A stretch of 24,986 nt of DNA from Sanchytrium tribonematis (lineage: Eukaryota), in the NCBI GenBank assembly GCA_018985235.1, contig CM032193.1, positions 1-24,986 on the forward strand, given 5' to 3'. Shown here in pieces: positions 1-9,890 of this stretch. Numbering within the stretch: the stretch's first letter is position 1; the number at the start of each line of letters is the position of its first letter. The position numbers were made by a program, and so were the translations under genes. The notes under the pieces were generated by a model. It did no database searches, was not told the origin of the DNA, and worked only from the letters and a program-made list of their open reading frames with translations.

Positions 1-47
1 ATATTATTGTAGATATATTATTGTAGATATATTATTGTAGATATATT
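1..47. repeat. Tandem 14-mer (ATATTATTGTAGAT) x~3.3
   Basis: Direct reading of the tandem units at the window start. Confidence 0.85.
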
Positions 48-60
48 AGATATAAAGAGA

Positions 61-140
61 TAATTATAATTAACACGTTAGTGCTTGTATTTAATGATAA
101 TTATAATTAACACGTTAGTGCTTGTATTTAATGATAATTA
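61..140 (+). repeat. Dispersed palindromic element, copies 1 and 2 (tandem, 37-bp period, type A core)
   Basis: TAATTATAATTAA-CACGTTAGTGCTTGTAT-TTAATGATAATTA at 61-103 and 98-140. Confidence 0.9.
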
Positions 141-166
141 TATATTATATATAAAAGGATGTAAAA

Positions 167-239
167 TACCCCAAACTTGAATCGAACAAGTATCTAATAC
201 ATTAACAGTGTATCGCTCTACCAATTGAGCTATTGAAGC
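167..239 (-). tRNA. trnN: tRNA-Asn (GUU)
   Basis: Cloverleaf on minus strand: GCTTCAA/TTGGGGT acceptor, GCTC/GAGC D stem, ATACA-CTGTTAA-TGTAT anticodon arm, TTCGATT T loop. Confidence 0.93.
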
Positions 240-261
240 AAAAATATATTATAGAAGATAA

Positions 262-966
262 TTATTGAACATCTTTTAAATAAGTGGCAGTAATAACAAC
301 GAAGATATAAGCTTGTAAGGCAGCAATAATAATTTCAAGACCCATTAAGATACTAATTAAGAAGATAGGTATAAATTTAAGAATAAAAAAGACTTTACTT
401 GTTGCGAATTGATATGCAAATCCTGCGACAATATGTAAAAGAGAATGACCAGCGACAATATTACTAAATAATCTAATACCAAGACTAAAGGCTCTGGCAA
501 TATAAGAAATTAATTCAATAGTAGTTAAAAGAGGGATTAATCAAGTAGGAGTATTAACGGGTAAAAAAAGAGCAAAGAATTTAGATTTATAATTTTGTAA
601 ACCAATAATAGTAACACCAATCATAATAGGGAAAGAAAAACCTAATGTAATTATGATATGAGATGTAGGAGTAAAACTATAAGGGATCATACCAAGAAGA
701 TTAGAGATAAGAATAAAGAAAAATAAAGATAATAAAAAAGGAAAATATTTATGATTTCCTATTTGTTCTTTAACTACCTCTGTAATAGTTGATGTTAAAG
801 ATTCTTTTATAATTGATGATCTTTCTGCTATTATATTTTCTTCAGCAAAGAATCTAACAAAAAAAGTAAATACTATTAAATTTAAAATTATAAATAATGA
901 TAAATTTGTTATAAATCCCATTACATTATATACCTCAAATTGTTCTAAAGGATTATATATATACAT
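262..966 (-). CDS. atp6: ATP synthase F0 subunit a (234 aa, code 4)
   Basis: NPLEQF, SNLLGMIPYSFTPTSH, reads through TGA(W) at 541-543 to IELISYIARAFSLGIRLFSNIVAGH and LQAYIF; TAA at 262-264. Confidence 0.97.
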
Positions 967-1183
967 ATTTTATTTATTAATTATTTCTTAGTTAATTTCA
1001 TTTTTATAGACTATCTAAATATAATAAAATTAACAATAATTATAATTACCTTATCTTATTAATTTTAATTTTATTAATTATCATATCTTATCTTATTAAT
1101 TATATTATGAATAATATAGAATTATAATTATATATATATATATATATATATAATGAATAAAATAAAGAAGAAAAAAGAAAGAA

Positions 1184-2095
1184 GTGATAAATGTAATATG
1201 TAGTTCTCTAATAATAATAATATCAGTATTAATAGGATTGGCATATTTAACATTAGCTGAAAGAAAAGTAATGGGATCTATGCAAAGAAGAGTAGGACCT
1301 AATGTAGTAGGAATATATGGATTAGGACAGCCTATAATGGATGGTGTGAAGTTAATAATAAAAGAGGGAATAATACCAAGTCATTCAAATAAATGAATAT
1401 ATAATATAGCACCAATAGGTAGTTTAATATTAGCATTAATTTTATGAAGTGTTGTACCAATAAATAAAGTAGTATATGTAGATTTAACTTATGATATAAT
1501 GTATATATTAGCTATTTCATCAGTATCTATATTAACTATCTTATGAAGTGGATGATCATCAAATTCAAAATATTCATTCTTAGGATCATTAAGATCAACA
1601 TCACAAATGATATCTTATGAAGTAATAATAGGGTTAATAATATTAACAACAATATTTTTAACAAATGAAACACCAAATATAACAAGAATAATAGAAAATC
1701 AAGAAAGTATTAATAATATTTTTCCTTTATTTCCACTTTTTATAATGTTCCTCATTAGTATTGTTGCCGAAACTAATAGGGCACCTTTTGATCTCCCGGA
1801 AAGTGAATCAGAATTAGTTAGTGGGTTTAATACTGAATATTCAGCAGCACCATTTGCATTATGATTTATATCAGAATATGGAAACATTATTTTAATGTCT
1901 TTAATTACTGTTAATTTATTTTTAGGTGGTCAAATATTATTTTTACCTTTTATCCTCTTCTATTTTATTTGAATTAGAGCGGCTTATCCAAGATTTAGAT
2001 ATACAGATTTAATGTCTATTTGTTGAGAAAATTTATTACCTCTTACTATTACATTTATTTTACTTGTACCTACATTAATTCTTACATTATCATAA
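1184..2095 (+). CDS. nad1: NADH dehydrogenase subunit 1 (303 aa; apparent GTG start)
   Basis: [55 protein letters not shown]; continuous with TGA=Trp; TAA 2093-2095. Confidence 0.96.
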
Positions 2096-2142
2096 TATAA
2101 AATAAAATAAAGAAATAAAATAAAGAAATAAAGAATAGAAAA

Positions 2143-2283
2143 ATGGCTCAATTAAAAGTATTATATTTTGTAAATAGTTTATTATGAAGTTATATTGTCT
2201 TTTTTATTATATATTTATTAATCGCTAATATCTATTTACCTTTTCAATTAAAAGTTCAATATCTTAGAAATAAATTAATATAA
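2143..2283 (+). CDS. atp8: ATP synthase F0 subunit 8 (46 aa)
   Basis: MAQLKVLYFVNSLLWSYIVFFIIYLLIANIYLPFQLKVQYLRNKLI: MPQL-like start, one hydrophobic helix, YLP motif and basic C-terminus typical of fungal Atp8; missing from the ORF track. Confidence 0.85.
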
Positions 2284-2316
2284 TTTATAATTTATAAATT
2301 AAAGATGAATAAAAAT

Positions 2317-2391
2317 AGGAGAGTGACGAAATTGGTAGACGTACTTTACTTAGGATAAAGAAAGATGCAGGTTCGAATCCTGTCTCTCTTA
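2317..2391 (+). tRNA. trnL: tRNA-Leu (UAG), short variable region
   Basis: AGGAGAG/CTCTCTT acceptor, CTTTA-CTTAGGA-TAAAG anticodon arm, GCAGG-TTCGAAT-CCTGT T arm. Confidence 0.88.
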
Positions 2392-2421
2392 TAAAGTAAA
2401 AAGGGAGAAAGGAAGAAAAGA

Positions 2422-2742
2422 ATGTATTATATAATATCAATAGGATTAGTATTATTATTAGTAATATTAAATAAAGTATTAAATGTGTATCAAAGTGATA
2501 CTGAAAAATTAGCACCATTTGAATGTGGGATATTAGAAATAGGAGATGCAAGACAAAGATTTGATATTAGTTTCTATGTTATAGCTATATTATTTTTAAT
2601 CTTTGACTTAGAAGTTATATTAATCTTTCCTTACGCTTCTATATTTTATACTCTTAGTTGATATGGTTATTGAGGTTTTATAATATTATTAATTATACTT
2701 ACTATAGGTCTAGTTTATGAACTTGTATCATTATCTTCTTAA
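2422..2742 (+). CDS. nad3: NADH dehydrogenase subunit 3 (106 aa)
   Basis: EKLAPFECG, FYVIAILFLIFDLEV, GLVYE; TAA 2740-2742. Confidence 0.96.
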
Positions 2743-2831
2743 TTATATTTAATTATTTATATTTTATTATCTTTACTTATATTTTATTATATTTACTATA
2801 GATCTAGTTTCTTAATCTTCCTTTTTATAAA

Positions 2832-2905
2832 GGGGCTATAGCTCAGTCTGGTAGAGCAACCAATTGATAATTGGGAGGTCAGTAGTTCAAATCTTCTTAG
2901 TCCTA
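2832..2905 (+). tRNA. trnI: tRNA-Ile (GAU)
   Basis: GGGGCTA/TAGTCCT acceptor, CCAA-TTGATAA-TTGG anticodon arm, TTCAAAT T loop. Confidence 0.93.
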
Positions 2906-2999
2906 TTTTCTCCATTATAATAATATATTATCATCAAATCTTCTTATTTCAATTATCATCAAATCATCTTATTTCTTAGTCCTATTATAATAATAAATA

Positions 3000-3152
3000 A
3001 GATGGATATAAAATAAGAGAATAAGAAAAATAAGAGAATAAGAGAAGAATAAGAGAGTGAGAATAAATAAGAGAGGGAGATAGAATAAGAGAATAAGAGA
3101 ATAAGAGAATAAGAGAATAAGAGAGGGAAAAAGAAATAAGAGAGGGAAAGAG
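3000..3152. repeat. Purine-rich degenerate (AATAAGAG)n tract
   Basis: Repeated aataagag/agagggaa units upstream of rns. Confidence 0.75.
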
Positions 3153-3164
3153 AAATTATAAAGT

Positions 3165-4400
3165 AATAATGTGTTTGGAAATAGCACGGAATGAATGCGA
3201 GCTATTAGCATAAAACATGCAAGTCTAAATAGAAAAAGGGCTTTTATAGAGAAAATTTTTAATTTTATAAAGGAGAATAAAACTATAGGCGTACAGGTGA
3301 GAAAAGATAAGTAAAGAGGTCTAAAAAAAGATCGGACTTATAATTAGTTTAGGGGAAAATTCGTAAGAAGAGTAAAAAACCGAGGATCTATAGTGAATTT
3401 TATTGAATGATTCACCACAATGGCAAGGAAGAAAGGGCCATCGAATTGCGCAGCAGTTAGGAATATTGGTCAATCTACTAATAATAAATAATCAAGAAGG
3501 TAGGAACCAGCTAAATAGCATAAAAAAGAAAAATAAGATATTAATTTGATGATTAATGGAAAAGGTCTAGCAAAAAATCTCGTGCCAGCAGCTGCGGTAA
3601 AACGGGTAGACCAAGCATTATTCTTGAGAAATAGGCAAAAAGTGTGGGGTAGATGAGTGGATAAAAAAGAAAGTTAAAAGAATGGCATATGGAGGGATAA
3701 AATCTATAGAAATATGTTAGAAGGTCAAGGAGCGAAGGCATTTAACTAAAAAAAGATTATTGACATTGAACCACGAAGGCTAGGGTAGCGAAAAAGATTA
3801 GAGACCTTATTAGTCCTAGCAGTAAACGAAGTACCCTAAGATATAAAGAAGGGTACCGCCTTGAGAGTATAGTCGCAAGACGGAAATCAAAATTTCTAGA
3901 CGGTTCTTTAAACTGGCAGTGGAGCATGAAGTTTAATTAGATAACCCGCAAGAACCTTACCTATTCTAGATAATATTAAATTATTAACAGGTGCTGCATG
4001 GCTGTCGTCAGTTCATATTGTGAAACTTAATGAACAAAAAATCTTTAATTAATTTATTAATTAATAGATAGAGGACAAGTCATTATGGCCCTAATGAATA
4101 GGGCATAATTTGTGCTACCAAAAAAGAAGACAAAGTCTAAAATAAAAAAAAGAAAAGACATAAAGAGCTACTATATCGGATAATATATTGAAAATCATAT
4201 ATTTGAAGTTGGAATTGCTAGTAATCGTTAGTCAGAATTATAACGGTGAACTGATCACTAAAGAGCGTACTAACCGCACGTCAAGGTCGGAAAGGATATT
4301 GTATGAAAAGATATAGGAAGCTATTATCCATCAATAATATCTAATTTGATTTAAGTCGTAACAAGGTCGCTGTACGGGAACGTGCAGCGGAATGGAAATA
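3165..4400 (+). rRNA. rns: Mitochondrial small subunit rRNA (ends approximate)
   Basis: ACATGCAAGTC, GTGCCAGCAGCTGCGGTAA, GTGCTGCATGGCTGTCGTCAG, AAGTCGTAACAAGGT universal motifs. Confidence 0.95.
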
Positions 4401-6259
4401 TATTATTTATATTTGTATATAATATATAATATATAATATATAATAATAAATAATAAATAATAAGAGATCACATAGAAATGAAAAATAATAAAGGGCTACT
4501 GGTGAATTTCTAGTCATAATAAAAAAAGATAACGATTTAATGAAATATTCTTAATGAATTATTTACAACTAGAAATAGTAATAATAAAAAAAGAAAACCT
4601 AGTAAACTGAATCATCTTAGTAACTAGAGGAAAAGAAATATGGTAAGTAGTGGTGAACGAAAGCCAAATAGAAAAAGTATCTATATATAAATAATATAAA
4701 TATATAAATAATATAAATATATAAATAAATACATAGATTACTTAATCGAGAGTAGAAGATATATGCTTCAGAATACATCATATATACATCTTATATACAT
4801 CATATATACATCATATAAACTCATTAAGAGAAGATATTAAGAGAAGATATTAAGAGAAGATATTAAGAGAAGATAAAACTAAATATGATATTATGTACGA
4901 TAGTGTAAAGTACCGTGAGGGAAAGATGAAAAGAACCTTAAAAAAGGATTGAAAAAGAATATGAAACCAAATAGCCTAAAAGCAGTCAGAGAAGGAATAA
5001 ATTTAATGGCGTACCTTTTGCATAATGGGTCAGCAAGTTTATTAGTATAGCAAGATAAAAAGTCTAAAAGAAATTAAATAGAGTTATACTAATAAGACCC
5101 GAAACTAAGTGATCTATTGATGGTCAGGTAATTATATAAATATAAATAGAAATATAAATATAAATAGAAAGACCGAACTGTATATTGTGGCAATAATATC
5201 AGAAGAACTGTCAATAGGAGTGAAAAGCTAAACGAACTTAGAGATAGCTGGTTCAGTGTGAAAACTATAAAAGTAGAAATATAATAAGAGATAATGGAGG
5301 GTATAGCACTGAATTGAATAAACAAAAATTTAATCTAAGAATAACCATTTTATTATAATTATATTTCGGACTTATAATGATAAGATTGTAGGTCGAGAGG
5401 GAAACAGCCCAGATCATAAAATAAGGTCCCATAATTTAAATTAATAGATAAGAATATCTTTTATGAAGCTATATGTGGGCTTGGAAGCAGCCATCATTGA
5501 TAGAAAGCGTTACAGCTCAAAGAGTAAAATTTAAAATTTAATTAATTAAAAAGATAGAAGATTTATAGGGTCTAAATTAAAACCGATATTATGATTCTTA
5601 TTATATATTATATATTATATATTATATATTATATATATTTATATATTAAGGAGGTAACACTGTGTTCCATAAGTGGTTAGAATTTTTAATGTAAATTAAA
5701 GAGGACATATTGGAAGTAATAATGCTGACATGAGTAATCAAAAATATTTTTATATATATATTCTCCTTAAGTTTAAGATAAATAAATAAACGTTATATAA
5801 AGGTGAAACAAATGTGAAGCCTGATGATAAATAAAAACGTATCAACCAACAAAGGAAAACAAGCTAGTAAATAGTAAAGGAGAAAGGGAGAAATATTATT
5901 AAGGAACTCGGCAAAATGAATGCGTAATTTAGGTATAAGCATGGTTTATATTAATAAATAATATAAATAACATAAAAAAGAGAAGAGCAACTGTTTACCA
6001 AAAACACAAAAGTCTGCTAAAAAGGAAACTTGACGTATAGACTTTGACTCCCGTCCGGTGCTTCGAAATGAAGTCTTTGTATAAAAGATTAAATTGAAGT
6101 AAACGACCGCCTTAACTCTGAGGGTGCTAAGGTAGCAAAATCCATTGGCTAATAATTGTAGTCCTGTGAGAGGAGTAATGACTTTTCTACTTTCTTAATA
6201 ATATTCCCGATGAAATTGAATTAGCTGTGCAGATGCAGTTTTCCATTAGCTAGACGAGA

Positions 6260-7007
6260 GTGCGACCAGATAGTAAATAATAATAATGTGGAGTATTCCC
6301 ACCTAGTATATTAACCTACTAGAGTTAATAATAGCATGCATTTAAAGTAATTTTTTTGTTTGAAGCCTATTTTTTTTAACTAGATAACTAAGGATAATGA
6401 AAATGAATCTATGGCCAAAGCTATATATATTCAATATTGATTTTCTCGTATTAATATTGGTTAATGTTTTTATATATAGTATAGTAGAATCCTAAGGTTA
6501 TTATCATCCTATTATAGGATTAAAGTATTATTATTTAAACTGGGTAAGTCCTATTATTACCTTTTTTTATATTATAAATAATATAAATAATATAAATAAT
6601 ATAAATAATATAAATAAAGGAGGTTAATAAGCGATTATTTAATAACAATAAGAGGATAAAGGATAATCTAAAAAGCAAATGCTTACTATTAATAGGTAAG
6701 ATAGGATTTTATAATCTATACTGAAAAGTAGCTGACTTAGATATAATTACTTAGGGCCTTTTTAGGTGATATATTTAGCCTTTTCTCACAGCAATTGTTG
6801 TTTTTATAATTGTTGTTTTTATAATTGCAGCTTTTTATAATTGCTGTTTTTTATAATTGCAGCTTTTTATAATTGCTGTTTTTATAATTGCTGTTTTTAT
6901 GAGGTATGAAATATACTTAAATCTTAGTGATGTAGCCGTATGCGATGAAAGTTGCACGTACGGTTAAGACCGGGGGAAAGATATGAGAATATCCTACCTA
7001 TCGGAAC
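6260..7007 (+). mobile_element. ORF-less group II intron at rnl position equivalent to E. coli L2059
   Basis: Starts GTGCG, domain V TAGCCGTATGCGATGAAAGTTGCACGTACGGTTA (6933-6966), ends AC; removal restores TAGACGAGA|AGACCCTATG. Confidence 0.93.
6793..6900. repeat. Degenerate 16-mer tandem array (AATTGCTGTTTTTTAT-like) x~7 inside the group II intron
   Basis: Direct reading, just upstream of domain V. Confidence 0.8.
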
Positions 7008-7461
7008 AGACCCTATGAAGCTTAACTAAAGCCAGAGAAAAAGAAAAGAGATATTTTGTGGTGACATAATATATAATTAATTCATCTTTGGTGGAAAGTT
7101 TGACTGGGGAGGTGGCCTGTAAAAAAGTAACACAGGTATATCAAAGGTATGAAAGTAAGTTAGATGACATTAAAAATATGTAAAAAATCTAACTTAAAAC
7201 AGGTTAATGGCTAAAAAAATTCATGCTTAACTGAAAGACTTAATCGTCGATCAGATACGAAAGTAGGACATATGATCCTGGAATTGAATAAATTCTGGAT
7301 AAATTGATAAAAGCTACTCTAGGGATAACAGCCTAATACTACTTAAGAGTTCATATTGACAGTAGTGTTTGGGACCTCGATGTCGACTTTGCTTATCCTG
7401 GTGCTGGAGAAGGTACCAAGGGTTGGACTGTTCGTCCATTAAAAAGCTACGTGAGTTGGGT

Positions 7462-7923
7462 AGACAAGTAAAATATGAGCCCAAAATAAAATAAAGAAAA
7501 ATATAAATTACAGTCATAAAATTTTTTATTTTATAGTGCGAAGGTTTATATAATGTTCAATAATAATTGATATTAAGAAATTGAACTTTTCCTGAGGTAG
7601 ATCGACAGATTTACGCCTCTTTATTAATATATTAATATTAATAAGTTAAATAATAAGATGTTAAATATTATGATGTTAAATATTATGATGTTAAATATTA
7701 TGATGTTAAATATTATGATGTTAAATAAGGGGGTTGCAATATGAGTGAAAACGGTTAAGTTTACAATAAGACCGTCGGTAAAATATCTTATCGCTACAGA
7801 CTGGGTCACTTGTGGGTATCTGAAATGATGCTTAATGTACAGTCGAATATTATTCTTGGCCATCTTGCTAGGATCACCTTGCTAGGATATATTCTAATGA
7901 TGGCTATATAATATATAATATTG
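7462..7923 (+). mobile_element. ORF-less group I intron (IA-like core) at rnl position equivalent to E. coli L2584
   Basis: Upstream exon ends in U, intron ends in G; P7 elements CTACAGACTGGG and AATGTACAGTCG; removal restores GAGTTGGGT|TCAGACC; contains a (GATGTTAAATATTAT)n array. Confidence 0.88.
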
Positions 7924-8295
7924 TCAGACCATCGAGAGATAGGTCGGATTCTATCTACTAATGGTATAAAAGAAGATTAATTTTCTTTCTAGTACGAAAG
8001 GATCGAAAAGAAAAAAGCCTATAGTATAGCTATTGATTTATACAGTCATTGTAGTTTAGCCACGCTTTTAAGGATACATACTGAATAAATATCAAGTTTT
8101 AATCCTTTTAATCTATCTTTTTATTTACTTACTATAGATTATAGTTATAGATTATAGGTGTATATAATGAAAATTAACAGCCTAATAATACTAATATGTT
8201 ACTTTTATATTTTTCATTTTCTAGATCTCCCCCCCCCTCCTTCCTTCCTCTCTTATAATTCCCCTTTCCTTTTTATAAGATGATATAAAGAAGGA

Positions 8296-8367
8296 GAGTA
8301 GATATCATAATGGTAATGTATTTGTTTGCAAAACAATTTTATGAGAGTTCGATTCTCTCTCTACTCT
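8296..8367 (+). tRNA. trnC: tRNA-Cys (GCA)
   Basis: GAGTAGA/TCTACTC acceptor, TTGT-TTGCAAA-ACAA anticodon arm, GAGAG-TTCGATT-CTCTC T arm. Confidence 0.93.
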
Positions 8368-8417
8368 ATTTTCTCCCCCTTTTATTCTTTATTATATCTA
8401 TTTATCTTTAAATAAAA

Positions 8418-8517
8418 CTATTTCTCTTTTTTTTAATATATTATCTTCTATTTCTCTTTTTTTTAATATATTATCTTCTATTTCTCTTTTTTTTAATATA
8501 TTATCTTCTATTTCTCT
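8418..8517. repeat. ~30-bp pyrimidine-rich tandem repeat x3
   Basis: ctatttctct(t)n aatatattatctt repeated. Confidence 0.8.
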
Positions 8518-8790
8518 ATGGCAGGGCGATATCCTTTTATGATAAATAGAAGATAATCTTTATCTATTGTATCCACTTCCTTATATTTCCATATCCCCCT
8601 CTCTTATCTCTATTATTATTCATCCAATATAATGATAATTATTCATCAAATATAATGATATTCTCTATACTTTTATATTACTTTATATAGTTTATTGATA
8701 ATTAATTATTTATATAGTATTAATTATTTATATAGTTGGCCGTATACTTTTTATTATTCTTGATATATAATAGATGATTAGGTATTAATA

Positions 8791-8833
8791 TAATTATAAT
8801 TAACACGTTAGTGCTTGTACTTAATTATAATTA
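8791..8833 (+). repeat. Dispersed palindromic element, copy 3 (type A)
   Basis: TAATTATAATTAA-CACGTTAGTGCTTGTAC-TTAATTATAATTA. Confidence 0.92.
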
Positions 8834-8864
8834 TATATTATATAATATATTATAAGAATGAAAT

Positions 8865-8936
8865 ATCGCTTTAGTATAATTGGTAGTATCTCTGACTTCC
8901 AATCAGATAGTGTGGATTCGAGTTCCACAAGCGATA
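8865..8936 (+). tRNA. trnG: tRNA-Gly (UCC)
   Basis: ATCGCTT/AAGCGAT acceptor, TCTGA-CTTCCAA-TCAGA anticodon arm, GTGGA-TTCGAGT-TCCAC T arm. Confidence 0.95.
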
Positions 8937-9059
8937 ATAATATATATAATAATATATATAATAATATATATAATAATATATATAATAATATAGAGATTAT
9001 ATTTTATAATTACTCCTATTTCTCTTTTATTTATATTTTATGTGCATTTCCTGTAGATA

Positions 9060-9102
9060 TAATTATAATTAAGTACAAGCACTAACGTGTTAATTATAAT
9101 TA
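9060..9102 (-). repeat. Dispersed palindromic element, copy 4 (type A, inverted)
   Basis: Exact reverse complement of copy 3. Confidence 0.92.
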
Positions 9103-9149
9103 TATCCTTCCAGTTTCTATTTTATTCTTCTATTATATCCTTTTATTAT

Positions 9150-9470
9150 ATTTATATTTATATTTATATTTATATTTATATTTATATTTATATTTATATT
9201 TATATTTATATTTATATTTATATTTAGCCGGCCTATCCTTATTTATTATATTATGGACAAACCTATTATATTACCTATTATATTACCTATTATATTACCT
9301 ATTATATTATTATTCGGCTCCTTTTATTATATTTAGCCGGCCTATCCTTATTTATTTATATTTATATTTATATAATTATATTATTATTCGGCTCCTTTTA
9401 TTATATTTATATTTAGCTGGCCTATCCTTATTTATATTTAGCCGGCCTATTCTTATTTATTTATATTTAT
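9150..9470. repeat. (TATATT)n microsatellite with four TTTAGC(C/T)GGCCTAT(C/T)CTT motifs and two TTCGGCTCCTTTT motifs
   Basis: Motifs at about 9223, 9332, 9412 and 9437. Confidence 0.8.
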
Positions 9471-9471
9471 A

Positions 9472-9516
9472 TAATTATAATTAACAAGAACTTGTGCTTG
9501 TACTTAATTATAATTA
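9472..9516 (+). repeat. Dispersed palindromic element, copy 5 (type B core CAAGAACTTGTGCTTGTAC)
   Basis: Same 13-bp arms, 19-nt core sharing GTGCTTGTAC. Confidence 0.9.
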
Positions 9517-9605
9517 TAATTATATATTTTATTCTCTATATCTATTATCTATACTATTCTTGATGCAATTATTTATCCATTATTTTGGATATATTTTATA
9601 TCTTA

Positions 9606-9721
9606 TATATAATAGAAGGTTATATAATAGAAGGTTATATAATAGATGGTTATATAATAGATGGTTATATAATAGATGGTTATATAATAGATGGTTATAA
9701 ATATAATATAATAGATGGTTA
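9606..9721. repeat. Tandem 15-mer (ATATAATAGA(T/A)GGTT) x~7
   Basis: Direct reading; gives the spurious RWLYN repeat ORF. Confidence 0.85.
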
Positions 9722-9766
9722 TAATTATAATTAACGAGAACTTGTGCTTGTATTTAATTATAATTA
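9722..9766 (+). repeat. Dispersed palindromic element, copy 6 (type B)
   Basis: TAATTATAATTAA-CGAGAACTTGTGCTTGTAT-TTAATTATAATTA. Confidence 0.9.
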
Positions 9767-9782
9767 TATATATAAAGAGAAA

Positions 9783-9856
9783 GCCTTATTAGTTTAATTA
9801 GGTAAAATTCTTGTCTTGTAAACAAGAGAGTTTAGGTTCAAATCCTAAATAAGGCA
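9783..9856 (+). tRNA. trnT: tRNA-Thr (UGU)
   Basis: GCCTTAT/ATAAGGC acceptor, CTTGT-CTTGTAA-ACAAG anticodon arm, TTAGG-TTCAAAT-CCTAA T arm. Confidence 0.94.
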
Positions 9857-9890
9857 TAATTTAATGGGATAAAAAAAAAGAAAGGAAGAA

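Larger units (their letters stand above)
4460..8200 (+). rRNA. rnl: Mitochondrial large subunit rRNA, split by two introns (6260-7007, 7462-7923); ends approximate
   Basis: AGTACCGTGAGGGAAAG, GTACCTTTTGCATAATGGGTC, AAGGAACTCGGCAAA, CTAAGGTAGC, GGGATAACAG, ACCTCGATGTCG, AGTACGAAAGGA. Confidence 0.95.

Noticed and set aside
967..1130. atp8 upstream of atp6 on the minus strand
   Set aside because: Only very short frames are present; a better atp8 lies at 2143-2283.
2317..2391. Yeast-like CUN=Thr reassignment
   Set aside because: The anticodon loop is 7 nt and CTN codons occupy conserved Leu positions in cox1, cob and nad5.
8518..8600. GC-rich patch GGCAGGGCGATATCC as a tRNA remnant
   Set aside because: No cloverleaf or T-loop could be formed.
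2285..9700. Short ORFs such as 2285-2551(-), 2969-3211(-), 3553-3741(-), 5089-5325(-), 7314-7517(-), 7624-7863(-), 8858-9085(+), 9494-9700(+)
   Set aside because: They overlap tRNA/rRNA genes or translate satellites; low complexity with no recognisable motifs.
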